In this document: positions 1 through 7,971 of the stretch, piece by piece
Layout of the letters: each line of letters begins with the position of its first letter
How positions within the stretch are numbered: the first letter of the stretch is position 1
Assembly: GCA_009837445.1 (NCBI GenBank)
Contig: VXTM01000039.1
Location: 6,408 to 70,407 of the forward strand
DNA: 64,000 nucleotides
From: Acidimicrobiaceae bacterium
GTDB lineage: Bacteria; Actinomycetota; Acidimicrobiia; Acidimicrobiales; Aldehydirespiratoraceae
Direction of reading: 5' to 3'
The notes under the pieces: model-generated
The model's database searches: none
What the model was told of the DNA's origin: nothing
What the model saw: the letters and a program-made list of their open reading frames with translations, nothing else
Translations under genes and position numbers: made by a program

Positions 1-1290
1 GTCCCCTGCTTCTTGCAGCCGACGATCGAGTTCTGAAGCCTCGTCTTGATTGGTGTACCGGTCTCGCTTGAGGCGGTCAAGGTCGCTCCAGAGCATCCGT
101 AGACCGGTCTCACTCGAAGCTCGAGCGGCGTCCTCCAGGGCGTCCAGTCGTCGCTGGATGTCGCGCAACTGTCGTTCGACGTCCTCGATCCTGGCCGCTT
201 CGCCCGCAGCAGCCGCCTCCATCCGCGCGAGCACCTCGTCGCTTAGCGATTGGAAGCATGTCGGGCACTGGTCGGGGCCTACCCCTCTATCAGCCGAGGC
301 CCGTAGGACTTCGTGTCGCATCTTCTGAAGCTGCAAGCGTCGTTCCCGATCTCGCAGGCCTCCGGTGAGATCAGATGCACGAGTAGCGACGAGTGACTTC
401 CACGCCACTCGCATCTCGATGGCGATTTCGGCTTGACGAGTCTCGATCTGCTCATCGAGCGACTCGATGACGCCAACAAGCATGTCGCGCTTGTCCATCA
501 TCGCCGTGAGGCGCTCGTTGCGGCGGAGCTGCTCATCCAGATCTGCCTTGTCCTCACGCAACTGAGCGAGACTCGCCTCCATGTCGTCAAGTTCGTCCTG
601 AAGAACTTGGCGTTGGTCGAGCAGAACGTTCATCTGCGTTCCGAGTTCGCTCGTGATTGTGTTGGCCTGAGCGCTCCTTGCTTCCTTCTTGCCATAGTCG
701 TCGAGCAGCTTGGCAAGCGTCGCCCGTGAACGCGTGAGCACAGGAACTCCGAGGATCTGTTCGATTGCCTCGCTGATCTGGCGTCCCATGTCGCTCTCGT
801 TGCGCAAGAGATCTTCGTACTCCTGCAGGAGCTCTCCGTCGAACAGGAAGAACCGAGCGATCTTCTCCGGCATGATTCGCTCGATCTCAGCGGTGGCCTG
901 CCCGGGGCCGAGCACCTCCCCATCACGCTGAAGGAAATGCTCGACGTCGTAGTCGCTGTGCTGCTCAGGTACGACTCCGGAGCGCGGCCGGCAAGATCGC
1001 GTGAGTCTGTACTGGCTTCCGTCATCGTGAAACTGCAGGACCACCTCAAATCCGTACTGGCCCGCGGCGGCCTGCTCCCAGTTGCCGATGGTATGGAGCG
1101 AGCCCTCGCGGCGGGCTCGACCGAGCACCTTGCCGAAGAGCGCGAAGCGAATCGCGTTGAGCAGCACGGTCTTGCCCCGCATGTTCTCGCCGTAGACCAC
1201 GGCCACGCCTGGCGCCTCGGGCAAGTTGATCGCTTGGCGGCCCTTGAACGGGCCGAAGTCTTCGAGTTCGACTCGATCAATCCGAAGCAT
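1..1290 (-). CDS. DndD/Rad50(SbcC)-like SMC-type ATPase, N-terminal 430 codons only (gene continues past nt 1)
   Basis: This frame is not in the ORF track because it is open at the window edge. I translated it manually from ATG at 1290-1288: MLRIDRVELEDFGPFKGRQAINLPEAPGVAVVYGENMRGKTVLLNAIRFALFGK... It has Walker A GENMRGKT, the DndD-like FFLFDGE motif, then long heptad-like Glu/Leu/Arg/Gln-rich sequence with CPTC (codons 342-345, nt 267-256). No stop occurs down to nt 1. Confidence 0.8.
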   Translation of the reverse strand, partial: MLRIDRVELEDFGPFKGRQAINLPEAPGVAVVYGENMRGKTVLLNAIRFALFGKVLGRARREGSLHTIGNWEQAAAGQYGFEVVLQFHDDGSQYRLTRSCRPRSGVVPEQHSDYDVEHFLQRDGEVLGPGQATAEIERIMPEKIARFFLFDGELLQEYEDLLRNESDMGRQISEAIEQILGVPVLTRSRATLAKLLDDYGKKEARSAQANTITSELGTQMNVLLDQRQVLQDELDDMEASLAQLREDKADLDEQLRRNERLTAMMDKRDMLVGVIESLDEQIETRQAEIAIEMRVAWKSLVATRASDLTGGLRDRERRLQLQKMRHEVLRASADRGVGPDQCPTCFQSLSDEVLARMEAAAAGEAARIEDVERQLRDIQRRLDALEDAARASSETGLRMLWSDLDRLKRDRYTNQDEASELDRRLQEAGD

Positions 1291-1477
1291 CGGCCTCCCC
1301 CATCCTGTGCTCGATCGCTCGCTGAACTCGTTGATGGATCCTCGTGTTGTCGGGTTCCTCCACATGGGTGGAGACGATCTCGCGAAGAAGGGATTCCGGT
1401 ATGTCTTGATAAAGGGAGTCGCGAACTGACAGGAGGGTCTCCAGCAGCGACTCGAACTGCTCATTCGTCTTCGTCAA
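1277..1477 (-). CDS. Small acidic helical protein (66 aa), function unknown; candidate adaptor between the helicase and ATPase genes
   Basis: ORF-track entry MTKTNEQFESLLETLLSVRDSLYQDIPESLL... has non-artefactual composition. Its start overlaps the upstream gene's stop by 17 nt, and its stop overlaps the downstream gene's start by 14 nt, which indicates translational coupling. Confidence 0.6.
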   Translation of the reverse strand: MTKTNEQFESLLETLLSVRDSLYQDIPESLLREIVSTHVEEPDNTRIHQRVQRAIEHRMGEADASD

Positions 1478-3584
1478 TCTCGAATCCCTCCTCGACTAGA
1501 GCCCGCCAGTCAAGACCGTAGTCAACCGCGATCGTCTTCAATGCGACTACCCCGCCCGGGTTGACGGCGTGCTGACCGAACTCGATCGCTCGGGCCAGCT
1601 CACCCTTCACCATCGAACCTACTGGCACCTCTTGGCCGAGGCCTGAAGGGAGGACGATGGCGTCATGGATGTGCGCAATCGACTTCCCGGGCGCGGTCCG
1701 AAGAACGCGACCACGCCGTTGGATGAACTCCCTCGGGTTGCGCGAGGACGCCAGAATGAGGGCGTGGGACGTGGCCGGAATGTCCACACCCTCATCGAGG
1801 CAGCGAATAGCGATCACTACTCCGCCAGACTGCTCGAAGACGCGGAGCGTCGACTCCGGATCACCTTCCATCGCGGAGTGGTACTCGTAGACCTCCCGTA
1901 TCTCCGTCTGTTCGATAGCGCCCCGGACGGCTCGAAGCTGTTCTCGGTCCTCGCAATAGACAAGCCAGCGCTGTCCGTGCTCGAAGTGCCGCGATACGAC
2001 CTCCGCTGCGAGGGGGCTCTTGGCGGTGGCCTTCTTGGCGACGCGCGCACGCTGAATGAGTAGATGCCGGATCGCGTCATCGATCGGGGCTGGCTCCTCC
2101 TCGCCACGGATCGCGAGCTGCCTTCCGATCTCGGCGGTGAGTCGGTCCCACGCAGCCTGTTCGTCGTCGTCAAGCGACACCCGGTGGGGACGGTACGAAT
2201 AGGGCGTCAGACTGCCTGCCGCGATCGCATCCTGGAGTGTGAATGGAGGTGGCACGATCCCGTCGAAGTAGTCCATGAGCGCGGCCGTTCCGACCGGGTC
2301 GCCTGCCCGCCTGGGAGTCGCGCTGAGCCCCAGTCGTGGACCTGAAGAGAAGTGCAGCATTTGGCGGTGCGTCGGGCTTCCGGTTCGGTGCACCTCGTCG
2401 GCGACAACGAAGAGATGAGATCCGTCGCGAAGGAGCCGCCTGAACTTCTCTGAACTTGCGGTCTGCATGGTCGAAAGCACCGCCCGAGGCTCGGCCAGAC
2501 TGTCGTCGCGGGTCCAAAGGGAGAGCCGTCGCTGGTTCTCCCAGGCTCGGTTCCCCCCACCACACACCAGCAGCTGGAGCCCCCGAGACTCGAATGCTGT
2601 AGTGAGTTCGTCCTGCCACTGGACGAGTAGGAGTTCACTCGGAACGAGCACGAGCGGGACCTCGCCGAGTGCCAGGCTCTCGTGGATCGCGCACAGCGCC
2701 GTGAAGGTCTTGCCGCTGCCCGTGGCGTGCTCAAGGATGCCTCGCCGACCACGCTGCTCCCAGGCATCGAGTGCTGCAACTTGGTGTGGGCGGGGAGTCC
2801 GGGTGCCCAGCCTGTGATCTGCGGTGACACCGGCGTCCGTCTCCATTTCCTGACAGATCTCGTCGACATAGTCCTCCCAGCGCAACTCGTCGGCGATTTC
2901 AAGCAGCTCTTGCTGGACTACTTCTGGGAACGGCGTCACGGCGACACCTGGCTGCTGATCGTGCCAGAGGTTGTCGAAGTACTCGACTTCATCGGCTACG
3001 CGTCGCTCGTTCTCCTCGTTCCGCCAGGACGCGAAGACATCGATCGACTCAAGGTTGCCGTCGGCTGAGAGTCCTAGCCAGGTCTCGTTCATGGATCCCT
3101 TGAACACCACCTGCTGTTCGTCGACATCGGAGAAGATCCCGACCTTGTCGTGGAAGATCCTTCGGCTACGACCTGCGGTCTGCGGCTCAATCCAGGCAAT
3201 GCGGAGATCGATTACGCCACCAGCGACGAGGCTCGCGAGGACCTTCGTCGGCTTCTGAAGTACGGGCGAGGCCAGGAGTCGCTGCAGTTGCTCGCGAGCG
3301 TCAGTCGAGAACTGCTCGGCTCCAGAGGGGCTGTAGCCGACGTTCAACGCGTCGATGTCGTCACTTGAAAGAGCAGGCGAACAGACGAGCCTCATCCGAC
3401 CGCCGTAAGCGGCGAATTCCCGCAAGCTCGGCCACGCGAGCACGAACACGCTGCTGCTGAAGAACCCGACCGCTCGGTCGTAGCGGTGGGAGCGGCGCAT
3501 GCACGGCAGGTAGAAGTCGGCTGCGATGTCGTCCTCGCCCTTGTGGTACGAGAGCTTCAGCGTGACATCGCGCAGGCTGCTCAT
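1461..3584 (-). CDS. Phospholipase-D-like (single HKD) nuclease domain fused to a DEAD/DEAH-box SF2 helicase (type III restriction Res-like), 707 aa
   Basis: The N-terminal region has YDRAVGFFSSS, then FHDKVGIFSD...KGSMNET (HxK...GSxN, a PLD/Nuc-type signature, one copy only). Helicase motifs are I EHATGSGKT, II VVADEVH, III LGLSATP, and VI QRRGRVLR. Confidence 0.85.
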   Translation of the reverse strand: MSSLRDVTLKLSYHKGEDDIAADFYLPCMRRSHRYDRAVGFFSSSVFVLAWPSLREFAAYGGRMRLVCSPALSSDDIDALNVGYSPSGAEQFSTDAREQLQRLLASPVLQKPTKVLASLVAGGVIDLRIAWIEPQTAGRSRRIFHDKVGIFSDVDEQQVVFKGSMNETWLGLSADGNLESIDVFASWRNEENERRVADEVEYFDNLWHDQQPGVAVTPFPEVVQQELLEIADELRWEDYVDEICQEMETDAGVTADHRLGTRTPRPHQVAALDAWEQRGRRGILEHATGSGKTFTALCAIHESLALGEVPLVLVPSELLLVQWQDELTTAFESRGLQLLVCGGGNRAWENQRRLSLWTRDDSLAEPRAVLSTMQTASSEKFRRLLRDGSHLFVVADEVHRTGSPTHRQMLHFSSGPRLGLSATPRRAGDPVGTAALMDYFDGIVPPPFTLQDAIAAGSLTPYSYRPHRVSLDDDEQAAWDRLTAEIGRQLAIRGEEEPAPIDDAIRHLLIQRARVAKKATAKSPLAAEVVSRHFEHGQRWLVYCEDREQLRAVRGAIEQTEIREVYEYHSAMEGDPESTLRVFEQSGGVVIAIRCLDEGVDIPATSHALILASSRNPREFIQRRGRVLRTAPGKSIAHIHDAIVLPSGLGQEVPVGSMVKGELARAIEFGQHAVNPGGVVALKTIAVDYGLDWRALVEEGFEIDEDE

Positions 3585-3585
3585 G

Positions 3586-4671
3586 TCAGTTCAGTTCGCC
3601 CAGGAGACGCTTGCGGGACAGATCGACTCGCAGAGCGATCGCTTCCGCGAGGTGTTCTCCGGTCGCTGCCACGACTGTCTCGCGCACCATCTTCCCTCCC
3701 CCCGGTCGCAGCCTCCGCTCTTGCAGGCCGATCCCGCGGGCGTAGGCGGCCAGGATCGTCTCGGACTTGACCTGCACGTTCCGGGAATAGGCAAAGTCTC
3801 GGTAGGCACCGGCGTCCCAGAGGACAAACACGGCGTCGTCAGCTGCGTAGCCCACGAGGAGCACAATCCGGCCGTCCGCGAGGTCGAAGTTGCCTCGCTG
3901 TCCTCGCTCGTGATTCGGCACGATGAGCTGGATCTTGTACTCGCCAGCAGGACGCCCTCCTGGAGGACGCGTCGCGTTGTACATGTACACGCGAGCCCGC
4001 AAGGGGAGTGAACCCACCATCTTGAGTTCCAGCGGCTTGACCCCAAGGTCTGAAGACTCGACAACCAGGTCGCTGAGCGCAGCCAGGAACTCAGCGTGAA
4101 GCTCTGACGGCGTCATGCGATCGTTCGGTGTCATGGCCCCAGGACGACTCGGTGTGCCCGGATCTCGGCCCGTCGTCATCAGATCGCGGAGGCGTTGTGC
4201 TCCGTCGTCACACTTGACCGCGCAAATGGTTCGCAGCGAGCTCAGTGAGTTCCGGAGATCCTCATGGGCGGCCTCCCAGGGCACGTCGGTGCGCTTCCAG
4301 TCCACCGATACCACGTGACGCCTGCCCGGGTCCGGATCGTCCCGGTACCAGTACTCCCGGGTCACCAGGCCGATTGCAATCTGACGTGTCTTCTTGCGAG
4401 GCAGCACGATTAGGTCGCCGACGCTCACATGTGCTCGCAGCGCCCACAGCTGGCCTGAGTAGTTGGCCACGCTCATCTTGTTCCTGCCAGGGAGCAGCCG
4501 GCGAACCATGTCCTTCATCTCGCCACGGCTTGAGATGCTCGACAGATCCGGGAGGCGGTCGAAGCCGGTGCCCGCAACGCCGTGTTCAAGAACGAAGTCC
4601 TCGCGTTCACCACGTCTCCCGGCCCTAGTGAGCCAAGCCGTCGGCACCTCGGTGCGATTGGTGTCTGCCAT
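3586..4671 (-). CDS. Two-domain hypothetical protein (361 aa), first gene of the operon; possible DNA-sensing or nuclease partner
   Basis: Composition is clean. The stop at 3586-3588 lies 1 nt from the start of the PLD-helicase gene. The N-terminal ~170 aa (AWLTRAGRRGERE..., GQLWALRAHVSVGDLIVLP..., HVVSVDWKR) resembles a module I recall preceding Mrr-type catalytic domains in actinobacterial proteins annotated as restriction endonucleases. That is from memory only. I do not recognise the C-terminal ~170 aa (YMYNATRPPGGRPAGEYKIQLIVPNHERG...). Confidence 0.7.
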   Translation of the reverse strand: MADTNRTEVPTAWLTRAGRRGEREDFVLEHGVAGTGFDRLPDLSSISSRGEMKDMVRRLLPGRNKMSVANYSGQLWALRAHVSVGDLIVLPRKKTRQIAIGLVTREYWYRDDPDPGRRHVVSVDWKRTDVPWEAAHEDLRNSLSSLRTICAVKCDDGAQRLRDLMTTGRDPGTPSRPGAMTPNDRMTPSELHAEFLAALSDLVVESSDLGVKPLELKMVGSLPLRARVYMYNATRPPGGRPAGEYKIQLIVPNHERGQRGNFDLADGRIVLLVGYAADDAVFVLWDAGAYRDFAYSRNVQVKSETILAAYARGIGLQERRLRPGGGKMVRETVVAATGEHLAEAIALRVDLSRKRLLGELN

Positions 4672-4963
4672 CAGCTGTCCCTAAGTCACGAGCATCGTAC
4701 GAGCCTCGTGCGACACGACCGCTGAACGCGGTGGCAGTCGTTGCACGTTCCCGGCAGCGCGGTCAGTCTGATGGTCACCTTGCAGCGTTCGGCTGCGTCG
4801 CCCGGTGAATGATGTGACCCGACGATTCGGATTGGCCGCCGGAGAGGCCAATGAGGTGGGGTGTCCGAGGTTCGACCGAGGCGAGGGGTAGGTTCCTGTG
4901 GCAACGGAGGTTGAGGCGGAGCTTGTTGACCGCCGAGATCTTTGTCCCGAATAGGAGTCCCCT

Positions 4964-7780
4964 ATGCCTATCAGCGAGTCTCAGGAGACGGGCAGCATCG
5001 GTGAGAGCGAAGTTGAAGCCAAGTTCAAGCGCATTGGTTGGAACCCCGTGCGCAATTCGAGTCTCGAGTTGGGCACCGACTACCTGATAGAGGCCCGCGA
5101 TTTTCGTCGACGCCCTCGAGGTCTGATCGTGGGCGCACAGGTAAAGTCGGGGGCTAGCTACTTCGAGCGCCCGGTGCTGGAGGCGGATGGCACCGCGTCT
5201 GGCTGGTGGTACTACGAGTCCGACACCGATCACTTCGATGATTGGGCGACCCACGGCCTACCTCACCTGCTGGTTCTACACGATCTCGACACGAACACGT
5301 CCTATTGGGTACACGTGACAGCAAGCTCGGTCGAGTCCACCGGTCAAGGATGCAAGATTCTCGTGCCGGCAAGCCAGACCATCGATCCTGCGCACGCTGA
5401 CGACCTATTCGACGTCGCCTGCAAGCAGAATGCGGCTCCCTTGATCGAAGGCACAGCCTTCTTCGGTGCATCCGAGGGCATCTCGCCGGCCCGGCGGCTG
5501 CGCTATGCGCTGATCTCGCCCAGACTGGTGGCACCGCACCCCAATGCCGGGACAGACGAGCCAATCGACGCACTTCAAGCCGTCGCGTTGTTGGCTCAGG
5601 GGCGGTTGCGCGACCTCATTCGATTCGCCGAGAAGCACCCGAGCGTTCCTGATCCGCGGATCGGTCACGCCGAAAGTGACTGGACGTGGCGGTTCGTTGA
5701 GGCCATCTGGACCTGGGCCATGACGGACGCCGTCGAGCAGTTGGAGGGCGTGCTCGGGTCGGCGCACACCAAGGACGCCGCTGCTGCGAGCGGAGTGCTC
5801 CTGGCCTGTGCATTGCAACGACTTGAGCGCTATGAGGATGCCCTGGAGGTGCTGGATGGCCTGGCAAGCAGAAGCGACTTGCTGCCAGTGGACCACGGGT
5901 GGATTCTCGTTCAGCGAGGCCGGGTCCGTGCTGAGATTGGTGATGTTGCTGGGGCTCGCTCCGATGCGGCTGGAGCGCAAAGAAGCCTCGCTGGAGACGA
6001 GGACGACATCACTGCTTCAGCGCTTGCGGCGGCTGCGGCATGGTTGCTCTTCGCAACGACGCTCCTCGTTCCCCACAAAGTCGATGAATGGGCTCTCGGT
6101 CTGGCTGAGACGCTTACGGCGTCGGACACGGCAGTCTCATGGTGGCGTTCCCAGAGAGTCTCGTGGGGTCTGCAGGAGGTTGAGGGAGAGTGGTTCAAGT
6201 CGTGGGCTCAGGATCGGTCACGCACGGTCATTGAGGGGGGCGGCCCCAACGCTCTTGACCTGTTCGCGGCCGAGTTCAGCGCGGACATCACGGGTGAGCA
6301 CAGCAGCTGGCAGGCAATGTCGGCACTTGCGGCTCGTCAGCGGCTGATGGGAGCCGAGAGCACCAACGATCGAGTCTTCGAGATGGTAGAGGGTCTTGAC
6401 GCTCTGCGTCGGAGTGGAGACCATCGGTCGCTCAAGCTTGCCGTGGAGCGTCTCCATCGCGACGGTCCGCTGGAAGCGGTGTCCATATCCGTGAACAAGA
6501 TCCCGATAAGTGGGTGGACACACACGACAGCCCTTTCCAACCTTGAGGCGCTGGCACGCGCCGGAGACCTAGTCGTAGAAGAATCCGCGAGTGAGCTTTC
6601 TCTCCAATGCGCTCAGCTGACGAGCGGAGACACGACGGACTTCGAAGAGCGCACCCGACCGAGGTTCATTGTCTCGTGCTACGCCCTTTGGGCGGCCGTT
6701 GGCTTGAGCGCGGCAGCCAACGATGTGGCACATGACGAGATCGCTGCGCTGATTGCCGCCGAGCACGACAAGGGACGAGATTTCATCTATCAGGAATGCG
6801 CCAAGGCAGTCGGCCATATGGAGTTCGATCGGGTTACCGGCACGGCCAAGGAGGCGCTGTGGAACTGCGGTCAGCAGGACCAGGGCCAGCTCGGCGCCGC
6901 AGTCCTGGGCTGGCTCGCTGCCAACGGTCATACTGATGCGCGTACGGAGGTGATCAGCCGAGCTGTTGGCGGTGATCTCCATGCGCTTGATGCCATGGGC
7001 GACAGGAGTGCATTCGACAGCGCGGAGGCGGCCTCCCTTATCGTTCAGCTTGAGGGCATGGTGGAGCGAACAGTGGCCGAGGCACGTCAGGGCTCATTCT
7101 CGTTGGGTGGCCTCGACGCGGGTGTCCTGTTGACGCTGCTGAATCTGGAGTTTCCCCCAGAGGCTCGGTGGAGCGCCGTCGTGGAGCTGTTGTGTGAGCC
7201 TGCGGTAGCATCGCTCGACAAGCGCCCGTCGTGCCTGGCGATTTCCGAGCTCTCGACCCAGCTGCCCGCGGAAGTGCGTCAGACCCTCGCCGCGAACGTT
7301 GACTCCATTGGAGGCACAGGATCGGTTGCCTGGGGTGCATCCCACATCGGCGGTATCGGCACCCTTCTGGGGATCGCGCTGGGGGAGCTCGAAGGAGACG
7401 ACGCTGACGTAGCGGCCACGGCGCTCGCGTTCGGCGACACGCAACAGCGCCGAGACATCGCCAAACTGCTGGGCGCGGGTCGATGCCACGCACTTCAGCC
7501 GCTGCTCGCTGCCCTGGTTGGAGACCCAAACCCTGATGTTCGTTACGAGGCCGGCATCGCCGTCGGCAGAATCGTTGCCGCCACCCACACGAAGCCGATA
7601 CACACGCTGGCATGGGAACTAGCCAAGAGGGACGGGACCTGGCTGCCGTCAGCACTGCTCACCGGGCTGGCTTGCACCGATCCTCCGCTGGCGGGCACCG
7701 GAGAGAAAATAGCGAGTCACCTCCAGACGCACCCGTCGGCCCGGGTGAGTCGTTCGGCGAGTCGTCTTCTGCTCTCTTGA
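4964..7780 (+). CDS. DUF4365-type (PD-(D/E)xK-like) N-terminal nuclease domain fused to a ~770-aa helical-repeat (TPR/HEAT-like) region, 938 aa
   Basis: The N-terminus GSIGESEVEAKFKRIGWNPVRNSSLELGTDYLIEA...GAQVKSG matches the remembered DUF4365 pattern (G..GE..v...f...GW......D.G.D..IE......QVKs). The C-terminus carries a HEAT-like DPNPDVRYEAGIAVGRI. The middle is Ala/Leu-rich helical repeat. No Walker A motif was seen anywhere in the protein. Confidence 0.8.
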   Translation: MPISESQETGSIGESEVEAKFKRIGWNPVRNSSLELGTDYLIEARDFRRRPRGLIVGAQVKSGASYFERPVLEADGTASGWWYYESDTDHFDDWATHGLPHLLVLHDLDTNTSYWVHVTASSVESTGQGCKILVPASQTIDPAHADDLFDVACKQNAAPLIEGTAFFGASEGISPARRLRYALISPRLVAPHPNAGTDEPIDALQAVALLAQGRLRDLIRFAEKHPSVPDPRIGHAESDWTWRFVEAIWTWAMTDAVEQLEGVLGSAHTKDAAAASGVLLACALQRLERYEDALEVLDGLASRSDLLPVDHGWILVQRGRVRAEIGDVAGARSDAAGAQRSLAGDEDDITASALAAAAAWLLFATTLLVPHKVDEWALGLAETLTASDTAVSWWRSQRVSWGLQEVEGEWFKSWAQDRSRTVIEGGGPNALDLFAAEFSADITGEHSSWQAMSALAARQRLMGAESTNDRVFEMVEGLDALRRSGDHRSLKLAVERLHRDGPLEAVSISVNKIPISGWTHTTALSNLEALARAGDLVVEESASELSLQCAQLTSGDTTDFEERTRPRFIVSCYALWAAVGLSAAANDVAHDEIAALIAAEHDKGRDFIYQECAKAVGHMEFDRVTGTAKEALWNCGQQDQGQLGAAVLGWLAANGHTDARTEVISRAVGGDLHALDAMGDRSAFDSAEAASLIVQLEGMVERTVAEARQGSFSLGGLDAGVLLTLLNLEFPPEARWSAVVELLCEPAVASLDKRPSCLAISELSTQLPAEVRQTLAANVDSIGGTGSVAWGASHIGGIGTLLGIALGELEGDDADVAATALAFGDTQQRRDIAKLLGAGRCHALQPLLAALVGDPNPDVRYEAGIAVGRIVAATHTKPIHTLAWELAKRDGTWLPSALLTGLACTDPPLAGTGEKIASHLQTHPSARVSRSASRLLLS

Positions 7781-7971
7781 GCGGCTCGGCTGCGCGGCCA
7801 ACGGAGCGATCCGTGCTGCCCGCCCCCGAGATCAGCATGCTTCTTCGTTAGCGTCATCATCATGGGCTACTGGAAGCATCAATTGCACAAGCCTCGCGCT
7901 AGGAATGTGTGACTTGCCTTTAGGGTGAGCCCGTACCCCCTTGGCGTGTGCTGTAGGTCGGAGAAGATTAT

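Noticed and set aside
630-1521. ORF-track entries 630-1280 (-, 216 aa), 937-1521 (+, 194 aa), 710-931 (+) and neighbours
   Set aside because: These are out-of-frame or antisense shadows of the DndD-like gene. They have Ser/Arg/Ala/Cys-rich low-complexity translations. The real frame, with Walker A and FFLFDGE, starts at 1290 and is open to nt 1.
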